A stretch of 64,000 nucleotides of DNA from Octopus vulgaris (lineage: Eukaryota). The stretch is taken from positions 79,608,001 to 79,672,000 of the forward strand of contig OX597814.1 in NCBI GenBank assembly GCA_951406725.2, in the 5' to 3' direction. A program made the position numbers and the translations under genes. Positions 41,259 through 55,128 of this stretch are shown here, in pieces (the first letter of the stretch is position 1; the number at the start of each line of letters is the position of its first letter). The notes under the pieces are model-generated. The model had not been told where the DNA came from, made no database searches, and saw only the letters and a program-made list of their open reading frames with translations.

Positions 41259-42786
41259 GCAGATATATGTGTGATTCTGAGTTAACCGAGACTTCAAGTT
41301 TAACCTTATCGGCTTTTACATTTGATTGACAGAAATCTTACACAGTTAAATATGTAGAGTCCTACAATGATTAAGTGTTTTACCGTTGTGAACAGGTTGA
41401 TCAACAACAGCAAATAGTACGTGTGTGTATGTATGTATGTATGTATGTATGTATGTATGTATACGTTGGGATAACACAGAGTTTCTGTTTCTCAAATTTC
41501 ATTTAAAATTATTGGGCAATCTGTAGCTATACTGGAAGGCTCTTGCTCAATGTCATGCAGTGGGATTGAACCCAGAATCATATTATATGAGATTATATGT
41601 ATGTATATGCATATATGTGTTACATATACACGCACATACAAAAGCATACACACAGACTTATGCATACAAGAGTTTTCATATGTTAAAGTGTTGATATCTT
41701 TATCACTCAGACTTACTGTCTCTGTCTCTCTTCTTCCCGTGCACACACACACACACACACACACATACTCATGCACACATATATAGATAAAGATATATTT
41801 GCAGTTTTAAACAAATAAGTATATATGTATATACATACGTTTAGTCATGTACTTGCTCCCGTACGGATGTACAGAGTTCGTGTTCGCTGAAAAAAATAAA
41901 TAAATAAAAAGCGACTAAAATAGTATTTATAGAATGATAGAATAATTCGCGGTAACTCAACAAATATTCCATCACGAAGAGAATGTCGTGACATGTCGCG
42001 AGCGAGACAGTAAAATGTGACTTTTGCAACCCCATCAGCCTTTGAACATATAGCTGAAGCATTCTTGTGTATGATATTATATTAGAATAGCAACGTTGTA
42101 ATATTTACCTAGACTGCATGAAATCTGGACAACGGCAGCCTGAAATAGAACAAGCTTAATCAATATTTACTAGAGTAGAGAGAGATGGGGATTTGTATGT
42201 TGGTAGAGACGGTGAAGCGATGGAGCAAATATATTTAATGTATTATGTAATTTAGATCCTGTATTTTGAAATAAATTGACTGAGTTTGTTTGTTGTTTTT
42301 CTTGTTGCTAATTATAACCCTAGGCGAATCCTGATCGAGCAAGTTAATCATCAAAAGCATACCAACTATAAGTCATGCACCTATCCGAAGGGTAGCCAGG
42401 AATATGTTATATATAGACTGCTTCCTTGTTTGTAATAGAGATTTGATAGAGATTTTTTGTGAGATGTGGAGCGACTGCATTTGTGTTCGCTCTTTCCATA
42501 GTCATTTGTTTTACTGCTGCTGAAAATGGTAAATTGATAATATAGTTAGAGTATCGTATAGAATACCTTGTACTCTTAGTACAAATTCTGTCGAAGTTAA
42601 CATTTTAGGGATAGACAAAAAGGTATCAAATTATTACTAGGATCGATTTTTTTCTTCCTTTCTGCCCTTCCCTGCCTCTCTCACCACCTTACCTCACTGA
42701 CTTTCTCCTTTCATTTCCCTTTCTGTCTTGTTTGTAATTGTAATTAAAAGGCCCAGATATGTAGAACATATATATGAGCACGTTCC

Positions 42787-43910
42787 GTGGACCGTGCATT
42801 TGCTTTCTCCCGCCGCACCCGCACCGCCGTCTCCTGCCTCCAGTTTCCCATCATCTACCACTCCACCACCCTACCTCTCCATCGCACCACTTTTCGAACC
42901 TTCCTGGCGACTCCAATCCGACCCCTCCCTTCCTTCAAACGAGTCCACAACTTACGAAACCTCTTGGTCCACAGCTTCTTCCTTAACCCAAACTCCCAAC
43001 CTGGTTCGTTCCCCTGCTCCCGCCCATGATGCTGCACTTGCCCTTACCTCTCCGACACCACCCTCCTCACCGGCACCCATCATTGACCCTATCACATCAC
43101 CGACTCCGTCACCTACACTTCTACGAATGTCATCTACTGCATTTCCTGGTCTCTCTGCCCTTCTCTATACATCAGGCAAACGGGACACCGCTTGGCTGAC
43201 CAGTTCGCGGAACACCTCCGAGACATCCGCCTCGGCAATGACACCCCTGTCTCGCGCCAGTTTCGCTCTACCGGTCACTCTTTGGAACACCTGTCAGTGT
43301 TCGGATTGTGCTTGCACGGGGCCATCCGGGCTCCCGCTTGTGCCGTTAACAGGGATTAATCTTTCCTCTTCACTCCTTTGTGCCACATGGATTCAACTCT
43401 CCTCTCCTTTTCCTCTAACCTCCTCCCCTCTCCTCTCTCCTTCTCACACCTACTTCCTCCCACCACCTCTCCTCTCTTGTTCCGACTCCCACTTCTCTTC
43501 ACTCCTACTCTCTTTCTCTATTCTCTTCACTCCTACCCACCTGCTCCATTCCCCTCTCCCTTCATCGTCACCCTCCCTCGTTACTCCACCCCTACACAAT
43601 CCAACCTCACCTTTCCTATCCATCCCATACCACCTCATCCTATACCACTTCACCCCATCCCTTACATCCACTCGCACATACCCCACCTCTACCCCCCACC
43701 CTCGGCCTACCCACATACCCCACATCTACCCCTTCTTCCTAGCTCTCCTGTGTTACCCTTCTGTCCGGCATTCGCCATGATAGATCGCTAGCCTCTACAC
43801 ATTCTTTATTTTCTCTCCTTGTTTCTTTGCGTGTTCTTTTCTTGGAAGAGCGTAGGCTCGAAATGTTAAAGACTTTTTTATTTACCACCTGTCTTCGTCT
43901 TTTGTTTTTT
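42787..43910 (+). mobile_element. Penelope-like element 3' end (C-C linker plus GIY-YIG pseudogene, C-rich UTR, HHR-like end)
   Basis: Frame of the 42787 ORF reads FKRVHNLRNLLVHS...FPCSRP*CCTC...TSTNVIYCISWSLCPSLYIRQTGHRLADQFAEH; 43835-43872 reads TCTTTT-CTTGGAA-GAGC-GTAG-GCTC-GAAA-TGTTA-AAGA. Confidence 0.85.
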
Positions 43911-43927
43911 TGTGATTCACTCGATAT

Positions 43928-44092
<165 letters not shown>

Positions 44093-44094
44093 CA

Positions 44095-44611
44095 GTCATT
44101 ATTTAGATGGGTTCCACAATGCTTTGCGCTCATCACTAACAACCACACATCCAAATTTAGGGAAACTATGCACTGCCCTTAAATCTGAGGAGGGTTTAAG
44201 CCAGACAAAAATTGCACGTGTTCGACCTGGAGACTCAAAAAGAAGAAAAAAAAGACCTATCATATTATTGATGCGCGACTGAATAAGCTAGTTCAGGAAT
44301 ATCAAAACGAAAACTCTGTGCAATTTTGATGCAGAATTGCACACAATTTGTTTAAAGAACTTTTCTAAAAATCAAATTAAACTTTCTTATCCCAACTCTA
44401 CTTCACAATGTATTCGCTGTTACTTTTTATCCTATTGTTATAATAAAATGTGTGCTAGAATTTAATCTTTTCTTTCTTTATCTCTAATTATATTACTTTT
44501 TAAATTTTGTGATGAGTCTTTTCCATGGATTCTTGCTCGAATGGGAGTACATTAAAGTGATCTCATCTCAATTCAAGTAGATTATAAATATTATTTTCTA
44601 TCTCACCTTCA

Positions 44612-44653
<42 letters not shown>

Positions 44654-44779
44654 AAGAATTGAGAGATAGACAGATTAAATAACATAAGTATTGATCCACG
44701 GTCACGAGAACCGAGACGGTGATTATTAGCAGGTGGAATTCACCATGGTGGAATATACCGTGGTGGAATTTACCTAGAA

Positions 44780-44782
<3 letters not shown>
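44095..44782 (+). mobile_element. MULE-type DNA transposon 3' end
   Basis: DGFHNAL...HPNLGKLCTALKSEE matches the MULE C-terminal pattern EG.HN...HPN......LK.EE; subterminal 15-bp repeats GTGGTGGAATT(C/T)ACC; ends CCTAGAACC before (TA)n. Confidence 0.6.
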
Positions 44783-44812
<30 letters not shown>

Positions 44813-44813
<1 letters not shown>

Positions 44814-44975
44814 GACGGGCTTCTTTCAGTTTCCGTCTACCAAATCCATTCATGACGCTTTGGTCGGCCCGCGGCTATAGTAGAAGAGACCTGCCCAAGG
44901 TACCACGCAGTGGGAGAGAACCCGGAGCCTTGTGGTTTAGAAGCAAGATTCTTACCACAAAACCACTCCTGCGCC
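44813..44975 (-). mobile_element. SINE family A 5' half
   Basis: AGGCGCAGGAGTGG...GGTAGACGGAAACTGAAAGAAGCCCGTCG on the minus strand. Confidence 0.85.
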
Positions 44976-45015
44976 TATACTCAACAGCCACTTCTGCGCA
45001 TATATATATATATAT

Positions 45016-45255
45016 ATATATGGACCAAAAGAGTTTGAATCAAATTCGTTGGTACTCTTGAGTTTCAAGCGTGATTTAGTCGTCAGCCGTTTTGAATTTG
45101 AATTCAAAGACAAATTCAGAATGGCTGACGACTAGCATCACGCTTGAGACGCAAGAGTACCAACGAATTTGAATAAAACTGTTTTGATCCATAGATATAA
45201 CTCCCAATAAATTTGTTGAATATTCTTCTTTCGTTTGTCCCCTCACACGTGCATA
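45016..45255. mobile_element. palindromic mini-element with a hammerhead motif in each arm
   Basis: Arms 45016-45100 / 45111-45198. Plus: TGG-CTGACGA-..AGC-ATCAC-GCTT-GAGAC-GCAAGA-GTA^CCA. Minus: GG-CTGACGA-...-GAAAC-TCAAGA-GTA^CC. Tail 45199-45255; (TA)n flanks. Confidence 0.8.
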
Positions 45256-45263
45256 TATATATA

Positions 45264-45383
<120 letters not shown>

Positions 45384-45558
45384 AATATATATATATATAT
45401 ATATACATCAATATACACATATATTTGAATTTTCTCTGACTCCTCAGATTTTTTGAATGCTGGACTACTGGTTTTAAATTGATATTAAAATTAATATTAA
45501 TTTATCTCCCTCAATTTTTAAATATTTAAATATATATACATACATATACACATACTTA

Positions 45559-45895
<337 letters not shown>

Positions 45896-46320
45896 ATATA
45901 GATGTAGATAGATAGATATACTGTACGCAGCACCCGTATTAACCCCGCTATTGTTTGGATCCATTTTTACTTTTTAATCTAAATAACTATCATCTTAACA
46001 TCGTTTCTGTCTTATCGTTTAATACTTCTTTGATTTCGCTTATTGATTAGAAAGGTTCACCACAAAACAATTTAATATTCAGTTGACAATTGTTTGTTTA
46101 TATGCAAAATATTTCCGAGATTTCATAGTGCTTCGAAGGCGAATGAACTTCGATTTCTCTGGAATGAAATTTACTATAATAAATCAACTTAGACTTGGAA
46201 AGGAGAGAATAATGCATAGCAACAAATTCTGAGTTGTGGCACGGTGAATCATTCGCTTCGAACGAAAACATAAAGTCTGTTATACGTAATACGTACTGAC
46301 ACACACACACACGCCCACAG

Positions 46321-46352
<32 letters not shown>

Positions 46353-46418
46353 GCACACACGCACACAACACCCACCCACTCAGAAACACACATACATATA
46401 AATATATGTGCGTGTATA

Positions 46419-46490
<72 letters not shown>

Positions 46491-46607
46491 GGGGGTGAGA
46501 AATTAGATATTAATTTAATTAACATTGATTTCACACCAGTGGGTAGCATATGAAAAAACTGAAGGTTCAGTAAAATTGTATTGTATACACATAGTGGCTT
46601 CCCTCTA

Positions 46608-46666
<59 letters not shown>

Positions 46667-46731
46667 TATATAAACTTAGATATGTTTCGACTAAAGATTG
46701 GTCCGGGCCATGTCTATCTTAATAGCACCAC

Positions 46732-46790
<59 letters not shown>

Positions 46791-47286
46791 GGATGTATGT
46801 ATACATACATAAATATACACACCACCGGATTGCATGGTACTGCCAGGTATAGAAACGATAATGATATCCGTGGGGCAGCTGATGATGGAGGTATGTTGAT
46901 GGAAGATTGTTGTTATGGCTATAGGATAGTATTATGTCATATCTTTCTAATGCATACATTCATACGTACATACATACATACATACATACATACATACACA
47001 CATACATACATACATATATATATATATATACAAACACATATATATATACATGCATATATATATGTTTGTATATATATACGTCTTTGTAGGTATGTATGTG
47101 TGTATATGTGTGTGAGTGTGTGTGGATCTTTATCCATCAGGAATAATCGGCACCTCGACACAAAGTACCTCAAGGGCTGCGAGTTCCTTGTGTTGTCTCT
47201 TATATAGACATACATACAGCTATATCTATATCTCTCTCTATATATACACGTATATATGTATGTGTGTGTATATGTATATATATGCT

Positions 47287-47690
47287 CTTTACTCTCTTTT
47301 ACCTGTTTCGGTCATTTGACTGTGGCCATGCTGGAGCACCGCCTTTGGTCGAGCAAATCGACCACAGGACTTATTCTTTGTAAGCCTAGTACTTATTCTA
47401 TCGGTCTTTTTTGCCGAACCGCTAAGTTACGGGGACGTAAACACACCAGCATTGGTTGTCAAGCGATATTGGGGGAGGGGGGCACAAACACAGACACACA
47501 AACATATACATACATACATATATATACATATACACGACGGGCTTCTTTCAGTTTCTGTCTACCAAATCCACTCACAAAGCTTTGGTCAGCCCGAGGCTAT
47601 AGTAGAAGACACTAACCAAAGGTGCCACTCAGTGGGACTGAACCCAGGACCATGTTGTTCGTAATCAAGCTACTTACCACACCGCCACTG
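47287..47690 (-). mobile_element. SINE family A, full length
   Basis: Family A head, internal microsatellite and tail. Confidence 0.85.
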
Positions 47691-47800
47691 ATATATATAT
47701 GAATAAAGTACGGCTGTATGTATGTCTGTATGTCTGTATATAAGTATGTGCGAATGTATGCATGCATGCTTACACATATGTATATTATCTGTGCGTTTAT

Positions 47801-48033
47801 TAAGGCGGCGAGCTGGCAGAGACGTTAGCACGCCGGGCGAAATGCGTAGCCGTATTTCGCCTGCCTTTACGTTCTGAGTTCAAATTCCGCCGAGGTCGAC
47901 TTTGCTTTTCATCCTTTCGGGGTCGATAAATTAAGTACCAGTTACGCACTGGGGTCGATGTAATCGACTTGATCCGTTTGTCTGTCCTTGTTTGTCCTCT
48001 CTGTGTTTAGCCCCATGTGGGTAGTAAAGAAAT
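47801..48033 (+). mobile_element. SINE family C (central domain resembling Meta/MESC)
   Basis: GGCGGCGAGCTGGCAGAG...GAGTTCAAATTCC (B box)...TTTCATCCTTTCGGGGTCGATAAATTAAGTACCAG. Confidence 0.85.
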
Positions 48034-48528
48034 ATATTTATGTGTTTTTGCTCGGTTGTGTGTGTGTGTGTGTGTGCGCGCGTGTACGTTAGTTTGTAAT
48101 AACTTGTTCTGGTATTTACTTCCTTACGTCTCATTACCCCGAAGATCGACTTTACCTTAACAAATCAATAAAATAAATATCAAAGTTCTGCAGTCTATAT
48201 AATTGACGATAAGCCCAGAATGTTTCATCATGATTGCCGTCGAAAATTCTGAAGTCGGTAAAAGGACGGAAAATCTAGGGGATTACATATCTCCAATGTA
48301 TTCTTCTATTTAGAAGACATTTAACATTTAACGCGTGCCGTTCGACCAACCGCGCCAATGTCCTGTCTTTGACACAATTAACACAAGTATCACACTGTAA
48401 CAGATTTGAAACAACTTGATAAATGACAACGCAAGAAATTCGCTGCCCTTGAGGTACTCTGTGTCGTGGTGCCGATTATTAATGACGTATATAAATATAC
48501 ATACATAAATATATACATATGCATATGC

Positions 48529-49503
<975 letters not shown>

Positions 49504-49515
49504 AATGTATATATA

Positions 49516-49955
49516 TATAATGTAATAAATAAAAATATATGCATACATACAAACATATATGTACGTACCTACATCTACATGTATATATACATGCATATAT
49601 AAATAAATATACGTAAGTACAGGACACCACAACAAGACGTAGAAACGGGAAAAACAAACATTTTTTACAAGAAAACAAGTACAGCTGATGACGGTGGATT
49701 TTTCCTTGTGTAGCATGTCCTGTACTTGTTTTCTTATAAAAAGTTTTTGTTTTTCCCGTTTCTACGTCTTATTGTGGTGTCCTGTACTTACGTATATTTA
49801 TTTATATATGCATGTATATATACATGTAGATGTAGGTACGTACATATATGTTTGTATGTATGCATATATTTTTATTTATTACATTATTGTCTGACAGCGC
49901 CTCGCGTCAGGTTCGTTTCGATTTATCGGATCGTTCCACTTCTTGTCTCCATTTA

Positions 49956-49958
<3 letters not shown>
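49516..49958. mobile_element. fold-back element whose loop is a hammerhead-like core
   Basis: Arms 49516-49684 / 49720-49888; loop CTGATGA-CGGTGGATTTTTCCTTGT-GTAGC-AT-GTC; tail extends to 49958. Confidence 0.75.
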
Positions 49959-50018
<60 letters not shown>

Positions 50019-50019
<1 letters not shown>

Positions 50020-50252
50020 GAGTAAGTGGACATACAAAAGAAAGGCTACTCAAAAAATATATTGGGAGTTACATGTATTATTCAAAACAGTTTGATTCTC
50101 ATTCTGTGCTACTTCAACTTTCGAAGCCCCTAAGGGAGCCTATCTCCTCAGAGTGGTGAGAATTCGGATTCTCACCACCCTGAAAAGATAGGCACTGTTA
50201 GGGAACTTCCAAACTTGAAGTAGCACAGAATCGAAATCAAACTGTTTTGAAT
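50019..50252. mobile_element. palindromic mini-element related to 45016-45255, with HHR-like motifs in both arms
   Basis: Arms 50080-50163 / 50168-50252. Minus: CTGAGGA-GAT-AGGCTCC-CTTA-GGGGCTT-C-GAAA-GTTGAA-GTA. Plus: CTGAAAA...CAAAC-TTGAA-GTA. Tail ...ATTGGGAGTTA... is shared with 45199-45255. Confidence 0.75.
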
Positions 50253-50317
50253 GTGTGTAAGTGTGTGTGTATATATATAGATGTGTGTGTGTGTGTTTTT
50301 GGGTGTGTGAGATGCAG

Positions 50318-50516
50318 ATATGGCTCTTTGGTAAGACGCTTGCATCCCGACCACATGCTTCCGAGTTCAGTCCCACTGCGTGACACCTTGGGTAAATGCC
50401 TTGTGCTATAGCCTGGTCCAGCAAAAGCCTTGTGAGTGGATTTGGTAGACGTAAACTGGAAAGAGCCCCTCATACATACATACATACATACAAACATACA
50501 TACATACATACATACA

Positions 50517-50590
<74 letters not shown>

Positions 50591-50810
50591 TCTGTGTCTG
50601 CGTCCGCTTTTGTCCCCCCACAATCATTTGACAACAGATGCTGATGTGTTTATATCCCCATAACTTAACGGTTCGTCAAAAGTGAACAATAGAATAAGTA
50701 CTAGGCTAACAAAGAATAAATTCTGCGGGCGATTTCTTCGAGTAACATCCTTTAAGTTGGTGCTCCAGCATGACCGAAATCACATAACTGAAACAAGTAA
50801 AAAATAAAAT
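50318..50810 (+). mobile_element. SINE family A
   Basis: Family A head, internal microsatellite and tail. Confidence 0.8.
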
Positions 50811-51263
50811 GATATGTGTGTGTGAGTGAGTGTGTGTGTGTACATATGTATACATATGAACACGTAGATATATGAATGCTTATATGTATTTATATACAGA
50901 ATATGACGGGTTTAATTCACTGGTGATCTAAACGAATAGGTACACTGCGTAGGTGCTATAATTGGTCATCCGTTAGGTTCCAAATTCACACCTAAGGCTG
51001 GAGCTAGTGATCCGTAGTAGGCTTCCGAGTAGGCAGGTATATATTAAAAGGAAATGGAAAACAAAATGAAAGTAATTGACTAAATTACTTCTTCCCCCCA
51101 CTATAAACTCTACTAACCATTTTATTTTCTTGGTTCAGACCAAATATACACTATTGTAGTAAATTCTTTCTGCCAACTGAATAGTATTAGAATCAACGTA
51201 AATATTTTTGCTCCGTGAATTTGTAACTATGTTAAAGAAGTCGAATTGTCATTTATGCTCATG

Positions 51264-51352
51264 AATTCATCTGATGAGAACGATTTCTTTACAATGATGC
51301 AATGTTTTCATTAATCAATTAAAGGAGACGTCGGAAACGGCCGTAATGGATT
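51264..51352 (+). ncRNA. type I hammerhead with canonical core and extended stem II
   Basis: AATTCAT-CTGATGA-GAACG.TTTCTTTA..AATGA/TCATT..TAAAGGAG.CGTCG-GAAAC-GGCC-GTA^ATGGATT. Confidence 0.8.
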
Positions 51353-51632
51353 GACACCTGTTCCACTTTGTTACTCATATTTTATTCACTTATCCTGGAA
51401 TCTACGCTTCGTAAATATTACAGACAGTATTTCTAATATAAAGAACATGTCTGAATAGCTAAGAGCGGATATCTTCACTCAGCTGGGTTTTATTATCTGC
51501 ATACACTGTCAAACTATGATGTGGCCAGCATTTATGCACTAAGTCTGATATTCACTTAATATTATCGGGTATAAATGTTACTCCGATCTAACAAGATGCC
51601 TCAATTTAAGAACCTAATTAAACGAAATCTTA

Positions 51633-52100
<468 letters not shown>

Positions 52101-52724
52101 ATACATATATATATATATATATACATACACACACATCCACCCGCATATATATGTGTTTGTGTGTGTGTGTGTGTGTGTGAGTGTAAACCTACGGAGTAGA
52201 CAGATAGGCATCAAATATATTTTCATTAAATCAATTTTTAAGCCTTAATTGGAGTCTTATCGGAATTGTCTACATCACTTGACCTACTTCAGGGAAGCAA
52301 ATAGAAAGCTTGTTCGTATATATACTCGGATCTAATAGTTTGAGAGGACTGGATTGCTAATTTACATACCATAAGAGTTAAAACTTTATTTAATATCAGA
52401 AGCCAGTTATTGTGGAACGTAGTCCACTCAGTATCAAGATATCGTGTATGTACACATCCTTCCCTTCTGTATGAAAGTACAGAAGAGAGGAAACGTGAGG
52501 AGAGAAACAGGAATGAAAGTATGTATGTGTGACTGTCTGTTTTCCTATTTTATTAAAACTTCCAGACAAAATTGTTTCCGGTCTTGTGTACAACACCAAA
52601 ACTGTTCTCAGTTTGTGCACAAAACTACAGATCTTCTGTAAATAGTTAGATATAAAACTATGTACTGAAGAAACAAACTGAGCAATAAATAACTGATTAA
52701 GCGGTCGAGTGCTCACAGCATATC

Positions 52725-52853
52725 TCTTACAACACCTAAGTTTTCGAAATGATCAGCCACCCATCTAACTAGTAACTGAGATCGAAGTTGCTTAACTTCG
52801 GTGATCAGACGCAAAATGATTTTTTCAGCTTTCAGCGTCTTATGGCCGTAAAC
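52725..52853 (-). pseudogene. 5S rRNA pseudogene
   Basis: Minus strand GTTTACGGCCATA..ACGCTGAAA...CGTCTGATCACCGAAGTTAAGCAAC.TCGA...GTTA.TA.TT.GATGGGTG...GGTGTTGTAAG matches metazoan 5S with indels. Confidence 0.8.
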
Positions 52854-53040
52854 CGCAATTCGTGTTAGTATCTTAAACGTTACATCTGCAAAGCCTAGAC
52901 AATCGTTAGTCAGTTATTCTAACACACATACTAAGGCGGTTGTCTGAATGCAAGCGGGAATGTAAGGTTTGAAAGTTTGTTTTATAACTAAGTCGTTCAG
53001 CGTTCGACTTTGCACCACGAGGCTTAGGAGAAGTGTTTTC

Positions 53041-53760
53041 TATCAGCTCATCCCATATGTTCTGTCCGATTTTACCTTTTTTAAAATTGAATGAAATTTA
53101 ATAGCATTTTAGAATGGCGAATGGAATTAAAAATTATTTTTATGCATTTGTGTACATTTAAACTAATTAAATATTATTTTACAAAATAATAGAATTAAAA
53201 TTTCTTTGATTTAAATCCTTTCTAACATGGAAGTATCCAAGGAGCATTGAAGGCATGTGATGCTTTATGAGTACAAAAAAGGAAACTCTGCAGGCGAAGC
53301 GACTCGAAACACACACACAGTTTATGCGAAAGAATGGTTGAATGAAAGAACTTGCAGAAGATGGTTTGCAAAATTTAGAAGTGGAGATTTCAGCCTTGAA
53401 GCTATAGATCGAACAGGACGTCTAGTTGAGTTTGATGATAAGCTCCTTGAAACATTACTTGAAGAAAATGCTGCATTATCAGTTGAAAAATTGGCAATAA
53501 AGCTTAGTTCAAACCATACGACTGTTCATCGTAATCTTCGACAACTTGGAAAGGTTCCTGAACTTGGAAAATGGGTGCCTCAAGAATTGTCCGAAAGCAA
53601 CCGCATATCCCGAGTTAACATCTGCTCTTCTCTCCATTCTCGCGAACTCATTTCACCCTTTTTGGATAGACTTGAGACTGGTAACGAAAAATGGATCTTG
53701 TAGGGAAAAAGCTCAACCACAACCGAGAAGGAAACTTCATGGAAAAAAAGGTTCTTCGCT
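53041..53760 (+). mobile_element. mariner transposon 5' part (transposase pseudogene from ATG 53227)
   Basis: MEVSKEH*RHVMLYEY...RWFAKFRSGDFSL...GKWVPQEL...TGNEKW (WVPHEL and TGDEKW motifs), then a stop and deletion. Confidence 0.9.
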
Positions 53761-54039
53761 CCATCAAAAACAATCCTTTGGACTAAACAAATTTTTATTC
53801 TTATGTCAATAGAATATTGGATAATGCTATCAATTGTTTTATGCGTTTAAAATTTCGTCAATAAAAGGTGAGATTAAAAACAAACAAAAAACCTCAAATT
53901 ATTCATCATTTTCTTTAGTAATAACTAATATAGTTTCAGTTTATCTATAAAGAAAATGTGAGAATCGGGGTATCCATTTCTATCATCACTATCTTTAGTG
54001 ACCACTGTCTTTTGTAACAGGTTTAATTAGAAGAGAAAT

Positions 54040-55020
54040 GCATTACTGCAAAAACATCGCTACGTGGGGAATTTTGATAACGTATGATTAGATTTGATTG
54101 GTTTGTTTCCTTATTGTAAAGTAATACAGTACGCTAAGTCCTTGGTGTCGACAAGCAGCTACCAGTGGTTGCAGAAATTTGGCTATATACCATATTTCGA
54201 TGATCCACCTATTTGGTATACAATCAAAAGCTTTGTGATTGTCAAGTATCAATACAACCTGATATTTTCTTACTATTTCTTCTTCAATCATTTCGTTTCT
54301 TAGAAGTTGTTTGATCTACGAAGCTCCATACTTCCTCAAGTCTTCTCTTTTTCTAGGTTTCACAAAATTTTTAGAAGAACAATGATCCGGTAAGAAGAGA
54401 TTAAGGCTCCCAGTGTATGTCTCATACGATTCTTTTTTTCAACGTTGGCTATATGTTCTTGTTTCAACTGATGTGATTGAATTATTTAGTTGGAACATGA
54501 TTTTATTTTTCGGCAGACAAAAGTACGTGTATGATAAAGCGTCTACTTTTTGTTTTTTCAACTCTATGATGTAAACAACATATCCTGTAGGGCTGAAGAT
54601 GCCATATTACTCTATGCAGTACATCATTTTAAAGGGTTTTTCTCGAACCACGCAGACCAATATATCCTGTCGATGAGTTTGTAGACTTTACTGCGAAATG
54701 CTTTTCCCTAATTTCTTCCTAAGAGAGACTGTGATTTGATGCGATGACGAGATCTGGTCTGCTATAATTTCTAACACAGACTATGGAATCTTGAGTTCAT
54801 TCATGCGTGTACCTTGGGCTTCACATGAAAGCGCATTGAAGAATGTAAAAGAAACAGTTCAACTGTATCCATAAATGTTCGTGCCTTCTATAACTTGAGT
54901 GTATGAGTCCACATGCATTTCTTTTTGATGTACCCTATCAGTATAACATTTCTCTGTCTACCTTGAAGTACTATATTGGCGAGAGAAATCGTGACATCCT
55001 TTCAAACGGCTGAAGTAATT
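54040..55020 (-). mobile_element. decayed RLE-type (R4/Dong-like) retrotransposon RT fragment
   Basis: LDNHKAFDCIPNRWI resembles DY.KAFDS.PH.WI. Confidence 0.5.
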
Positions 55021-55128
55021 ATTACGAACCACGAAGTAGTACGCATAAAAATGTATGACTGAAACAGCATTTGTTTCCGTTTGGTCAAGTGTGTCGTTCA
55101 TGCAGAGTTAAAATCGCATTAAAACTTA

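Noticed and set aside
42728-43780. 350-aa Pro/Ser-rich ORF
   Set aside because: Shadow frame of the Penelope GIY-YIG pseudogene plus its C-rich UTR
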